64,000 nt of DNA from an uncultured Solirubrobacterales bacterium (GTDB taxonomy: Bacteria; Actinomycetota; Thermoleophilia; Solirubrobacterales; 70-9), in contig CAVZEM010000007.1 in the NCBI GenBank assembly GCA_963774305.1, positions 93,231 to 157,230 of the forward strand. Reading direction: 5' to 3'. The position numbers and the translations under genes were made by a program. A model generated the notes under the pieces. That model did not search any database and had not been told where the DNA came from. It worked only from the letters and a program-made list of their open reading frames with translations. Shown here in pieces: positions 47,021-56,024 of this stretch (position 1 is the stretch's first letter; each line of letters opens with the position of its first letter).

Positions 47021-47908
47021 TCAGTAGACGGGTAAGCGCGGTTCGGGTCGGCGTCTTCGCATCACGGTGAGCATCGCCCCCGCCACGGCCAGGCCGAAGA
47101 CGAACCCGCCCACGTGCGCGAAATAGGCGACCCCCTGATCGCCTCCCGAGCCGACCGCGACCTGTCCGAGGGCTGGGACGAACTGAAGGATGAACCAGAG
47201 GGCCAGCAGGATCAACGCCGGTATCTCCACCAGCGTGACGAAGAAGATGATGAAGATCAGGGTCAGAACCCTCGCGCGCGGGAAGAGCAGCGCGTAGGCC
47301 CCGAGCACGCCGGCGATCGCTCCGCTGGCCCCGATCGTCGGTGCCGTGGATCCGGGGTCGATCAGCGCCTGGGTGTAGACGGCGATCAGCCCCGCCAGCA
47401 CGTAGAAGAGCAGGAACCCGAGGCGCCCCATCTTCTCCTCGATGTTGTTGCCGAAGACCCAGAGGAACAGCATGTTGCCCGCGATGTGCAGCCATCCGCC
47501 GTGCATGAACATCGAGGTGAAGAGGGTCTCCCACCACGGTTTCTGATCGATCTGGAACGGCCCTAGGTTCGCGCCGGGATTGGCCTGGCTGCGAGCCACG
47601 GCCTCGGCGTAGTCCTTGGTGCCGGGGCAGACGACGCCGGCCTCGAACTGACCCGGCGCGAACTCGCCGACCGCTCCGATGTCGCAGTCACCCGTGTCCG
47701 GGTGCGTGATCCGGTACGGAATCGCCCCGTACTCGAGGGAGCTCTGATCGACGTGGCCGAAGCCGGCCTCGCTGAGCCGCTGGTTGGTCGGGAAGTTGAG
47801 CTGCCAGATGAAGACGGCGACACAGATCGCGATCAGACCGACCGTCACGACCGGGAACCGCGTGGTCGGGTTGTTGTCCTTCAGCGGCAGCACCGGCCCG
47901 GCGAACAC
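47021..47908 (-). CDS. Rhomboid-family intramembrane serine protease
   Basis: FMHGGWLHIAGNMLFLWVFG and GASGAIAGVLGAY (catalytic Ser), plus AHVGGFVFG (catalytic His). Confidence 0.88.
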   Translation of the reverse strand: MFAGPVLPLKDNNPTTRFPVVTVGLIAICVAVFIWQLNFPTNQRLSEAGFGHVDQSSLEYGAIPYRITHPDTGDCDIGAVGEFAPGQFEAGVVCPGTKDYAEAVARSQANPGANLGPFQIDQKPWWETLFTSMFMHGGWLHIAGNMLFLWVFGNNIEEKMGRLGFLLFYVLAGLIAVYTQALIDPGSTAPTIGASGAIAGVLGAYALLFPRARVLTLIFIIFFVTLVEIPALILLALWFILQFVPALGQVAVGSGGDQGVAYFAHVGGFVFGLAVAGAMLTVMRRRRPEPRLPVY

Positions 47909-47963
47909 TAGTCGCGGACGCCGAGGCCCCTTGCCGCAACGAAACGGTTGCCATCATGGGCAT

Positions 47964-48665
47964 ATGGCTCAGATGCGAATCGCTGACCCCTGGCGTGACA
48001 CCGACGTGATCGACGAGCGTGCCCCGCGCTTCAACCAGGCGGTGGTCGGCATCGTCGCGCTGCTCGGCGTCATCTTCGGCTGGCCGCTCGCCTGGGCCCT
48101 GATGGGCGCGCAGCTGCTGATCGGGCTGACCATGGGCCGGCGTTTCTGCCTGACCTGCCTCGCCTACTTCGTCTTCGTGCAGCCCCGCTTCGGGGAGGGG
48201 CGGCTCGAGGATTCCAGGCCCCCGCGCCTGGCGAACATGATTGGCACGGTCTTCCTAGGCGGCGCGGCCGTGGCCTGGTGGCTGGGCGCGCCGGCGGTGG
48301 GCACGGTTCTCGGCGCTCTCGTCGCCGCCCTGGCCCTGCTGGCCGCCACGACCGGCTTCTGCACCGGCTGCGAGATCTACAGGCTCTCCGCCCGGATCCG
48401 CGGCATCTCACCCCGTCACCATTCACACATCGACGTCGCGGACCTCGATGGCGCCGGGGGCCATGCCGCCTACGTCGAGTTCAGCCACCCGCTCTGCTCC
48501 GAGTGCCGCGCCTGGGAGCGGCGCCTCGAGGGCGCGGACGAGCCTCTTCTGAAGCTCGACGTCAGCGACCGCCCGGACCTCGCCCGCAAGTACGGCGTCG
48601 CCGTGGTGCCAACCGTGCTCAGGGTCGCCCCGGACGGCGCGGTGCTCGAACGGCTCGCGCCCTGA
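47964..48665 (+). CDS. DUF4395 membrane domain fused to a thioredoxin-like domain
   Basis: DERAPRFNQAVVGIVALLG...CLTCLAYF...FCTGCEIYRL (DUF4395-like), then FSHPLCSECRAW...VVPTVL (Trx-like CxxC). Confidence 0.6.
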   Translation: MAQMRIADPWRDTDVIDERAPRFNQAVVGIVALLGVIFGWPLAWALMGAQLLIGLTMGRRFCLTCLAYFVFVQPRFGEGRLEDSRPPRLANMIGTVFLGGAAVAWWLGAPAVGTVLGALVAALALLAATTGFCTGCEIYRLSARIRGISPRHHSHIDVADLDGAGGHAAYVEFSHPLCSECRAWERRLEGADEPLLKLDVSDRPDLARKYGVAVVPTVLRVAPDGAVLERLAP

Positions 48666-49868
48666 CTAGCGGCCGTCGCGCGCCGACGGCGGCGGGATCT
48701 CGTCCCGCACCGCCGGCAGCTTCGCCGACTTCGGCGGCGGCAGCGCGACGCGCCCTGACGAGCCCGCGGCGACCGCTCCGCCGGTGGTCCAGCGCACGGC
48801 CAGCGGCTTGTTCTGCAGCAGGGGCCCCCACGTCGGCACGTCGAGATTCCCGGTCTGCGGCAACCCATGGTCACGCTGGAACGCGTAGACCGCCGTCTGG
48901 GTCGAGGACTGGAAGTAGCCGCTCACCGGAACCGCGTAGCCGCCGCCGGCGAGCAGCTGCTGGGCCCAGGCCACGAAGTCACCCTTGGACCCGATGTGCA
49001 GGAACGGATAGCTCGGGTACGGCCCCACGGAGGCGGGCGAGACGGGCTGGCGGATCGCCTTCCACTGACGCTTGCCGGCCTCCTGCCAGTCCCACCAGCT
49101 GACGCCGTCGAAGCCGTGTGACATGGCGAGGGCGCGGAACCGCTTGATCTGGCCCGCCTTCGGGCGGCTGTACACCTGCCCGAGCGGGTCGATCTGCCGG
49201 CCGTAGATCCTGTTCCACACCCAGGTGTGGATGTAGCCGGTGTCGACGGTGGTCCCGATGTCCTTCCAGTAGAGCTGCGGGATGTTGTACTGAGCCCCAC
49301 CGGGACCGAGGAAGACCGAATAGGGAAGGGCCGGGTGGTAGTCCACGTAGGGGAAGCTGGCGAGCCCGATCGGATAGTCCGGCCCGATCAGCGAGCGCAG
49401 GCTCGACATGAAGTACGACGCCTGCGGATACTTGCCCTCGTACTGACCCTCGACGTCGAGCACCAGGCAATCGGCGCCGTTGGCGACCGCGGCCGCGCCC
49501 ACCTTCGCCTCCTTGCCGGCCTTGTCCCCGTAGATGAACTGCCACGCGCACACGTTCAGCTCGCGCGCGTGCAGGCCGTTCACAACCGCCGGAGAGAACT
49601 GGTTCCAGTAGGTCGTTCCATCCCCGGACTTGATCAGGACCGTGTCGATGCCGTTCGCATGAGCCTTCTTGGCGATCTGACCCAGCTTCCCGTGAGAGGA
49701 GCGGCTCATGTACCAGATCCACATGCCGTTGCCGGCCAGCGGGCTCTTGCCGGCCGCACTGACGCTCGTCTGGGAGGTGGCTCCGCCCGCAACTGGCCCG
49801 GCGCCGACCGCCAGCAGCGCAACTGCCGTTATGAGCGCAAGGGTCGTTGTGCGTCGGCGGGCACGCAT
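48666..49868 (-). CDS. Secreted putative cell-wall glycoside hydrolase-like protein with C-terminal PG_binding_1 domain
   Basis: Signal peptide, a TIM-barrel-like region (GMWIWYM...GIDTVLIKSGDG...), and a C-terminal FVAWAQQLLAGGGY...AVYAFQRDHGLPQTGNLD. Confidence 0.6.
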   Translation of the reverse strand: MRARRRTTTLALITAVALLAVGAGPVAGGATSQTSVSAAGKSPLAGNGMWIWYMSRSSHGKLGQIAKKAHANGIDTVLIKSGDGTTYWNQFSPAVVNGLHARELNVCAWQFIYGDKAGKEAKVGAAAVANGADCLVLDVEGQYEGKYPQASYFMSSLRSLIGPDYPIGLASFPYVDYHPALPYSVFLGPGGAQYNIPQLYWKDIGTTVDTGYIHTWVWNRIYGRQIDPLGQVYSRPKAGQIKRFRALAMSHGFDGVSWWDWQEAGKRQWKAIRQPVSPASVGPYPSYPFLHIGSKGDFVAWAQQLLAGGGYAVPVSGYFQSSTQTAVYAFQRDHGLPQTGNLDVPTWGPLLQNKPLAVRWTTGGAVAAGSSGRVALPPPKSAKLPAVRDEIPPPSARDGR

Positions 49869-49890
49869 GAATTCGAGGCTACGGACCCCG

Positions 49891-49927
49891 AAACACCCGA
49901 CCGCAAGGAAAGCTGCGTCGGGTGTTT
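49891..49927 (-). terminator. Hairpin immediately downstream of lipA
   Basis: AAACACCCGAC-15 nt-GTCGGGTGTTT, a perfect 11-bp stem. Confidence 0.5.
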
Positions 49928-49928
49928 G

Positions 49929-50822
49929 TTAAGCGGTGGCCGCGGCGGGCAGCTGCTCGTCCGCGTGGTACGAGCTGCGCACGAGCGGGCCGGATGCGAC
50001 CGAGGCAAAGCCCAGCTTGTAGGCCGCCTTCTCCAGCTCCGCGAACTCGTCGGGGTGCCAGTAGCGGTCGACCGGCAGGTGCTTCTCGGTTGGCCGCAGG
50101 TACTGCCCGACCGTCAGCACCTGCACGCCGTGGTCGCGCAGGATCGAGAACGCCTCGACCATCTCGTTGAACTCCTCGCCCAGTCCGACCATCAGGCCCG
50201 ACTTGGTGACCACCTCGTCGCCGCCCATCTCCTTGGCCATTCGCAGCACCCGGGCTGAGCGCAGGAAGTCAGAGCCGCGCCGCGCCATCGGATAGAGCCG
50301 CGGCACGGTCTCGACGTTGTGGTTGAAGACGTCGGGCCGCTCGGCGATCACCTTGGCGAGCGGCATCTCCTGCCCTCGGAAGTCGGGCGTCAGGACCTCG
50401 ACCTTGCAGCCGGGCGCCATCCGCCGGATAGAGCGGATCACGCCGACGAAGGCGCCGGCGCCGTAGTCGGGGAGGTCGTCGCGGTCCACGGAGGTGATCA
50501 CGGCGTGCCGCAGTCCCATGCGCTTGACCTGGTTGGCGACCCGGAGCGGCTCGAGCGGGTCGTGCCAGGTGGGCTTGCCGGTCTGGACGTTGCAGAAGCC
50601 GCAGCGCCGGGTGCAGACGTCGCCGAGGATCATGAAGGTGGCGGTGCCGCGCTCCCAGCATTCGCCGACGTTCGGGCAGTTGGCCTCCTCGCAGACGGTG
50701 TGGAGGTTGTCCGCCTCGATCGACTTCTTCAGACGACGGTACGTTGGGCCACCCGGCGCCGGGACCTTGAGCCAGGGCGGCTTGCGGGAGCGGAAGGGCA
50801 CCTTGCCCTCGTCGTCCGCCAT
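49929..50822 (-). CDS. lipA: Lipoyl synthase
   Basis: RKPPWLKV, CEEANCPNVGECW and CTRRCGFCNV radical SAM/auxiliary cluster motifs. The ATG at 50822 is preferred. The track start at 50915 would translate through an R1 repeat. Confidence 0.9.
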   Translation of the reverse strand: MADDEGKVPFRSRKPPWLKVPAPGGPTYRRLKKSIEADNLHTVCEEANCPNVGECWERGTATFMILGDVCTRRCGFCNVQTGKPTWHDPLEPLRVANQVKRMGLRHAVITSVDRDDLPDYGAGAFVGVIRSIRRMAPGCKVEVLTPDFRGQEMPLAKVIAERPDVFNHNVETVPRLYPMARRGSDFLRSARVLRMAKEMGGDEVVTKSGLMVGLGEEFNEMVEAFSILRDHGVQVLTVGQYLRPTEKHLPVDRYWHPDEFAELEKAAYKLGFASVASGPLVRSSYHADEQLPAAATA

Positions 50823-50860
50823 GCGCCCGCCCGGGTTGGCCCGGGAGCGGGTGACGTGTA

Positions 50861-50890
50861 TCCGAGGGCGCGCGTCAGCGCGACCCGTTT
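50861..50890 (-). repeat. R1 30-nt hairpin repeat
   Basis: TCCGAGGGCGCGCGTCAGCGCGACCCGTTT on the + strand, between the lipB stop and the preferred lipA start. Confidence 0.85.
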
Positions 50891-50920
50891 CATCGTGGGC
50901 GATCGACTCCGCCATCGCTT

Positions 50921-51688
50921 CTACCGTACCGAGGCCGGCTCGCCGAGCAGCTCGGTCAGCGCGTCGGAGGTCGTGGCAACGGGCTCGCGGCCATAGATCT
51001 CTCCAAAGCCGTCGGCCACCACGTCCATGTATGCGTCCAATATGCGAGGGCGCGCGTCAGCGCGACCCGCTTCATGTTGGGAGCCGAGCTCGCGGCAAAG
51101 CGAGGTCATCCGGACGCCCTCGATGCCGCAGGGGACCACCCACTCGAACGGCTGCAGGTCGTTGTTGACGTTGACCGCGAATCCGTGGGTGGTGACGCCG
51201 CGGCTGACGTGCACGCCGATCGAGCCGATCTTGCGCCCCTCCGGGGGACTGCCGCCGACCCAGACGCCGGTCAGCCCGTCGATCACCTCGGCCTCGATCC
51301 CGTAGGCGCCGAGTGAGCCGATCATCAGCCGCTCCAGGCGCCGCACGTACTCGTGGACGTTGTCGCCGTACGGCTTCAGCGAGACGATCGGATAGCCGAC
51401 CAGCTGGCCGGGGCCGTGGTAGGTGACGGCACCGCCACGGTCCGTCTCGCAGATCTCGATCCCCTGCATCCGGTACCAGTCCTCGCCCATCGCGAGCTCT
51501 CCGGGCTGGGTGCGGCGCCCCTTCGTGTAGACGGGGTTGTGCTCGAGGAGCAGCAGGGCGTCTGGAATCTCGTCCGCCTGGCGCGCTGCCTCGATCCGCT
51601 TCTGCAGACGCCCGGCCTCCTCATAGGGGACCAGCCCGCAACGCACGGTGAGCACCTCGTCCACAGCCCGATTGTCCCACGCAGGCAT
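50921..51688 (-). CDS. lipB: Octanoyltransferase (lipoate-protein ligase B) carrying an in-frame R1 insertion
   Basis: LLLLEHNPVYTKG, RGGAVTYHGPGQLVGYPI, KIGSIGVHV and VPCGI motifs. The ATG at 51688 is preferred. Confidence 0.88.
   Translation of the reverse strand: MPAWDNRAVDEVLTVRCGLVPYEEAGRLQKRIEAARQADEIPDALLLLEHNPVYTKGRRTQPGELAMGEDWYRMQGIEICETDRGGAVTYHGPGQLVGYPIVSLKPYGDNVHEYVRRLERLMIGSLGAYGIEAEVIDGLTGVWVGGSPPEGRKIGSIGVHVSRGVTTHGFAVNVNNDLQPFEWVVPCGIEGVRMTSLCRELGSQHEAGRADARPRILDAYMDVVADGFGEIYGREPVATTSDALTELLGEPASVR
51043..51072 (-). repeat. R1 30-nt hairpin repeat inside the lipB coding sequence
   Basis: TGCGAGGGCGCGCGTCAGCGCGACCCGCTT on the + strand. It is translated in frame as (E)AGRADARPR(I). 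Confidence 0.85.
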
Positions 51689-51807
51689 GGCCGGCTCAGC
51701 TCGAGGCACCCGCCGCCGGGGCGCCCTCCTGGTCGGGCGGCCAGAACGGCCACGCCTCGAAGTGGGAGCAGAGACCTGCATCGTCGAGCCGGACGACCCA
51801 GGAGGCT

Positions 51808-53187
51808 CTAGAGGGCCAGCCCGAGCGGCTCCTCGAGCAGCTGCCGGACCCTGGCCAGGAACTGGGCGCCGTCGGCGCCGTAGAGGATCCGGTGGTCGCA
51901 GGCGAGCGTGACGCCCATCAGCTGGCGTGCCTCGATCTCGCCGGAGTCGATCACCACGGGCTTCGCCTTGAGCTCGCCCACCGCGAGGATGCCGGCCTGC
52001 GGCGTATTGATGACGGCGCTGAAATTGGAGATTCCGTACATGCCGAGGTTGGAGACGGTGAACGTCCCACCCGAGAGCTCGGGTGGCGTGATCGACCCCT
52101 CCCGGACGCGGGTCGCGAGCGCCTTGGTCTCGGTGGAGATCTGGCGCAACCCCTTCAGGTCGGCGTCGAAAACGGTCGGGACCACCAGGGCATCCTGGGC
52201 GGCGACCGCGACGCCGACGTTGACCCGGGAGTAGAGCTCGATGCGCCCATCGCGGTACGCGCCGTTGGCGCGGGGAAACTCGCGCAGCGCGAGGGCGCAG
52301 GCCTTGACGATCATGTCGTTGAAGGTCGGGACCGCCTCGCCCTCCTTGGCCATCGCCTTGAGCTTCTTGCGCCCTTCGACCGCGGCGGTCATGTCGAACT
52401 CGGCCTGCAGATAGAAGTGCGGCGCCGTCGCCTTCGACTCGGCCATCCGCCGGGCGACCGTCTGCTGCAGCTTGGTGAGCTCGACGACCTGAACCTGCCC
52501 CTTGGCGGTCTCGGGCTTCTCGGCAACGCCCGGAGTCGGCCCAGCGCGAGCCGCAGCGGGAGCCGGCGATGCCGGGGCCACGGGCGCCTGCACCTGCGTC
52601 GCAACGCCTGAGGCGAGCGCCCGCTCGACATCGGCCTTGACGATCCGCCCGCCCGGGCCCGACCCGGAGAGCCCATGCAGGTCCAAACCTCGGTCGCGCG
52701 CGATGCGCTTAGCGATGGGAGATGCCTTCAGGCGTCCGTCACCCCAAACTGCGGCTGGGGAAGTGGCTGCGGGCGCGGGGGCGGTTGGCTGTCCCGGCGC
52801 CGCGGCTGCGGCGCTGGCCGGGGCGGATGGGGCGGCGGAGGGGGCGGGGCCAGGCAACGTTGCGCCATCCGAACCGTTGGCGCCCTGCTCTTCTGTGGAT
52901 GGTGCGTGTTGCCGGGACGCGCCCCCTCCGCCGCCCCCCTCGACCACCTCAGAAGCATCTCCGACGCGCGCAATCGGGTCCCCAACAGGCAAGGTGTCGC
53001 CCTCCTGCGCCAGGATCTCGACCAGCGTCCCGGCCGCATCCGCCTCGTAGACCATGTTCGCCTTGTCGGTCTCGATCTCGACCAGCTCCTCGCCGACCTC
53101 GACCGCATCGCCGACGCCCTTGAGCCAGCGCAGCACCGTCCCCTCCTCCATGGAGTCGGACAGCCGCGGCATGACGATGTCGACCAT
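51808..53187 (-). CDS. Dihydrolipoamide acyltransferase (E2) of a 2-oxoacid dehydrogenase complex
   Basis: Lipoyl domain (IETDKANM), Ala/Pro linker, E3-binding domain (ASPIAKRIARDRGLDL) and catalytic domain (DHRILYGADGAQF). Confidence 0.9.
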   Translation of the reverse strand: MVDIVMPRLSDSMEEGTVLRWLKGVGDAVEVGEELVEIETDKANMVYEADAAGTLVEILAQEGDTLPVGDPIARVGDASEVVEGGGGGGASRQHAPSTEEQGANGSDGATLPGPAPSAAPSAPASAAAAAPGQPTAPAPAATSPAAVWGDGRLKASPIAKRIARDRGLDLHGLSGSGPGGRIVKADVERALASGVATQVQAPVAPASPAPAAARAGPTPGVAEKPETAKGQVQVVELTKLQQTVARRMAESKATAPHFYLQAEFDMTAAVEGRKKLKAMAKEGEAVPTFNDMIVKACALALREFPRANGAYRDGRIELYSRVNVGVAVAAQDALVVPTVFDADLKGLRQISTETKALATRVREGSITPPELSGGTFTVSNLGMYGISNFSAVINTPQAGILAVGELKAKPVVIDSGEIEARQLMGVTLACDHRILYGADGAQFLARVRQLLEEPLGLAL

Positions 53188-54176
53188 CAGCGGCTCCCCT
53201 CGAGCGTCTGCAGCGCCGCGCTGACGATGTGCTCGGCGTGCGGGATCGCCGCCTGCTCCATCCGCTTGGAATAGGGCATCGGCACGTCTGCACCGGTGAC
53301 GCGCTCGACCGGGGCATCAAGGTGGTCGAAGGCCTGCCCCTGGATCAGGGCCGCGAGGTTCGCCCCGACCCCGCCGTGCGGCCAGCCCTCCTCGACGATC
53401 ACCGCGCGGTTGGTCTTCCTGACCGACTCGAGGATCGTGTCGAGGTCGAGCGGCCTGAGCGTGCGCGGATCGATCACCTCGGCCTCGACGCCGTGCTCGT
53501 TGGCCAGGATCTGGGCCGCCTGCTGCGCGGTCTCCGACATCCTCAGGATGCCGATGATGGTCACGTCCGAGCCCTCCCGGCGAATGGCGGCCTCGCCGAA
53601 GTTGACGATCCAGTCGCCGTCCTCCGGCACGTCCCCGCGCATGCCGTAGAGCGTCTCGTGCTCGATGAAGATCACGGGGTTGTCGTCGCGGATCGCGGCC
53701 TTGAGCAGCCCCTTCGCGTCCGCGGGGGTGGACGGGCAGGCGACCAGCAGCCCCGGGATCTGCAGGAAGAGCGCCTCGAAGCTGTGGGAGTGGGTGGGAC
53801 CCAACTGGTGTCCGCCGCCGCCGGGCATCCGCACGACCAGCGGCACCCTCACCTGGCCGCCGAACATGTACGGGATCGCCGCGGCGTGATTGACGATCTG
53901 GTCCATCGCCAGCAGTGCGAAGTTGACGGTCATGATCTCGACGACGGGACGGACGCCTCCCATCGCGGCCCCCACCCCGACGCCGACGATCGAGTTCTCG
54001 GAGATGGGCGTGTCCCGAACCCTCCGCTCGCCGAACTCGTCGAGCAGCCCCTCGGTCACCTTGAACGAGCCCTGGAAGACGCCGACGTCCTCGCCCATCA
54101 CGAAGACGAGCTCATCGCGGCGCATCTCCTCCGCCATCGCGTCTCGCAGGGCCTCTCGCATCCGCATGACCGCCAT
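53187..54176 (-). CDS. 2-oxoacid dehydrogenase E1 component beta subunit
   Basis: From the ATG at 54176: MAVMRMREALRDAMAEEMRRDELVFVMGEDVG... TGATG overlaps at both ends. Confidence 0.9.
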   Translation of the reverse strand: MAVMRMREALRDAMAEEMRRDELVFVMGEDVGVFQGSFKVTEGLLDEFGERRVRDTPISENSIVGVGVGAAMGGVRPVVEIMTVNFALLAMDQIVNHAAAIPYMFGGQVRVPLVVRMPGGGGHQLGPTHSHSFEALFLQIPGLLVACPSTPADAKGLLKAAIRDDNPVIFIEHETLYGMRGDVPEDGDWIVNFGEAAIRREGSDVTIIGILRMSETAQQAAQILANEHGVEAEVIDPRTLRPLDLDTILESVRKTNRAVIVEEGWPHGGVGANLAALIQGQAFDHLDAPVERVTGADVPMPYSKRMEQAAIPHAEHIVSAALQTLEGSR

Positions 54177-55408
54177 CAGTGGACGTCCTCCGGCGCGGTG
54201 TCGGGGACGTCGCCCTCCGCCTCCCGCATCGACTGCGCCTCGGGCGCCGCGTAGGCCGCGCCCCGCTCGGCCAGCTCCCGGGCGCGCTCGCCGGCCTTGC
54301 GCTCCTCCTCTGCCGGGTGGGAGTCGGGCGAGCGCTCGTCGACCCCGTACCAGCCTGGTACCTGGTCGCCGTAGGAGTAGAGGTGGTCGTAGAGAGAGTC
54401 GAGCGGCGGCTCCGGTGAGTTGTCGGCGAACTCCACCGCCTCGAGCACGGTCCGCTCGGCCTCCTCGCGGATTTCCTGGATCTCCTCCTCGGAGAGGACC
54501 TTCTCCTTGAGCAGGCGAGCCGTGAAGGCCTCGATCGGGTCCTTGCGCTGCCACTCCTCGACCTCCTTCTTGTCCCGGTAGACCTCGGGATCTGCGGCGG
54601 AATGACCGCGATAGCGGTAGGTGAAGGCCTCGACCAGGGTCGGCTTGCGCTCCTCCCGTGCCAGGCGAATGTGCTCGGCGACCGTTTCCTGGACGGCCAG
54701 CACGTCCATCCCGTCGACCCGGACGCCAGGGACGCCCATGCCCTCGGCCTTGTGGGAGAGGTCGGTGACCGCTGAGTGCCGCTCGAGCGACGTGCCCATG
54801 CCATAGAGGTTGTTCTCGACCAGGAAGACGACGGGCAGGCTCCAGAGAGCAGCCAGGTTCATCGTCTCGCCGAAGTTGCCGGTGTTGGAGGCGCCGTCGC
54901 CGAACATGCAGACGGTCACCTCGTCGGTTCCCTTGTAGTCCGAGGCGAGGGCGAGGCCGGCCGCCAGCGGCAGGTTGCCGCCGACGATCCCGTAGCCACC
55001 CATGAAGCGGTGCTCGAGGTCGAAGATGTGCATCGAACCGCCGCGGCCGCCGGAGGTGCCGTCGACGCGGCCGAAGAGCTCGGCCATCACCCGCTTCGGA
55101 TCGGTGCCGCGGGCGATGGCGTGCCCGTGCGTCCGGTAGGTCCCGATCAGGTAGTCCTCGGGGCGCATCACAGAGGTGGTGCCGACGATCGTGGCCTCCT
55201 CGCCGATCGCCAGGTGGAGGAAGCCGCCGGCCTTGGCGCGCTGATATTGGCGTCCCGCCTCCTCCTCGAAGCGGCGGATCAGGGCCATCAGGCGGAGGAG
55301 CTCACGGCAGGTGTCCTTGTCGGGGAGCTTCGGTTTCGCCGCCGACTTGCCCTTGCCGTCTGACGATTCGGTCATCCGGCGCCTCGACTTGGTCTTGCTC
55401 TCGGCCAC
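54176..55408 (-). CDS. 2-oxoacid dehydrogenase E1 component alpha subunit (TPP-dependent)
   Basis: GFLHLAIGEEA, YRTHGHA and GDGASNTGNFGETMNLAALW (TPP motif). Confidence 0.9.
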   Translation of the reverse strand: MAESKTKSRRRMTESSDGKGKSAAKPKLPDKDTCRELLRLMALIRRFEEEAGRQYQRAKAGGFLHLAIGEEATIVGTTSVMRPEDYLIGTYRTHGHAIARGTDPKRVMAELFGRVDGTSGGRGGSMHIFDLEHRFMGGYGIVGGNLPLAAGLALASDYKGTDEVTVCMFGDGASNTGNFGETMNLAALWSLPVVFLVENNLYGMGTSLERHSAVTDLSHKAEGMGVPGVRVDGMDVLAVQETVAEHIRLAREERKPTLVEAFTYRYRGHSAADPEVYRDKKEVEEWQRKDPIEAFTARLLKEKVLSEEEIQEIREEAERTVLEAVEFADNSPEPPLDSLYDHLYSYGDQVPGWYGVDERSPDSHPAEEERKAGERARELAERGAAYAAPEAQSMREAEGDVPDTAPEDVH

Positions 55409-55417
55409 GATCTCAGC

Positions 55418-56017
55418 CTACTCCCGCCGTAAAGCCTCCACCGCCTCTTCCAGCCTGTCGTCGCCCCAGAAGAGCTGGTCGCCCACGGCGACCGTGGGGA
55501 TTCCCTCCACACCGCGCGAGATCGCCTCGTCCGTGGCTGCCCGGAGCCTGTCCTTGACCGACTTCGTCTCGATCCCCTTCATCACCGCGTTGGGATGGAG
55601 TTCGCAGGCGGCAGCGGCGACGAGCACGTTGTCGACGTCGCTCATGTCCCGCCCGGCGGCGAAGACCTGCCTGAAGCAGGCGAGCGAGAAGGAGACCACC
55701 CGGCCCGATTCCTTGGCGTAGACCGCGGCGCGGATCGGGTTGAGGCTGTAATTCTCGATCGGCCAGCCGGCCGGGTAGCGCACCTCCGGCAATCCCCGCT
55801 CGTCGGCCCGCCGCTGGATCTCGGCGAAGTCCGCGGTCCTGTCTTTCTCGAAGGACCAGGGGCGCCTTCCAGTTGTCTTGAGGACGTGGCCGAAGGAGAT
55901 CGGCTGCCACTCCGGCTGCTCGAGCTCGGCCTCGGCGAACAGGCCGCTGATCCGCTCCGCCGCCAGATAGGAGTAGGGCGAGTTGAAGTCGTAGTAGAAG
56001 GTCGCCCGCTCAGTCAC
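55418..56017 (-). CDS. DsbA-like 2-hydroxychromene-2-carboxylate isomerase family protein
   Basis: FYYDFNSPYSYLA N-terminus and GIPTVAVGDQLFWGDDRL C-terminus. Confidence 0.8.
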   Translation of the reverse strand: MTERATFYYDFNSPYSYLAAERISGLFAEAELEQPEWQPISFGHVLKTTGRRPWSFEKDRTADFAEIQRRADERGLPEVRYPAGWPIENYSLNPIRAAVYAKESGRVVSFSLACFRQVFAAGRDMSDVDNVLVAAAACELHPNAVMKGIETKSVKDRLRAATDEAISRGVEGIPTVAVGDQLFWGDDRLEEAVEALRRE

Positions 56018-56024
56018 GCGCGCC

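Noticed and set aside
50822-50915. Longer lipA start (ATG 50915), which would translate the R1 copy as HDETGRADARPR
   Set aside because: It is possible, but the shorter start at 50822 gives an N-terminal length closer to other LipA proteins and leaves R1 in the lipB-lipA spacer. This remains unresolved without proteomic or ribosome-profiling data.
53187-54554. 126-aa N-terminal extension of the E1 beta ORF, and similar extensions of lipB (to 51781), metF (to 27460), amt (to 31433), usp (to 28917) and the sugar transferase (from 20925)
   Set aside because: The extensions are Arg/Pro-rich and overlap the upstream gene. Homology starts at internal ATGs that form 1-4 nt stop/start overlaps.
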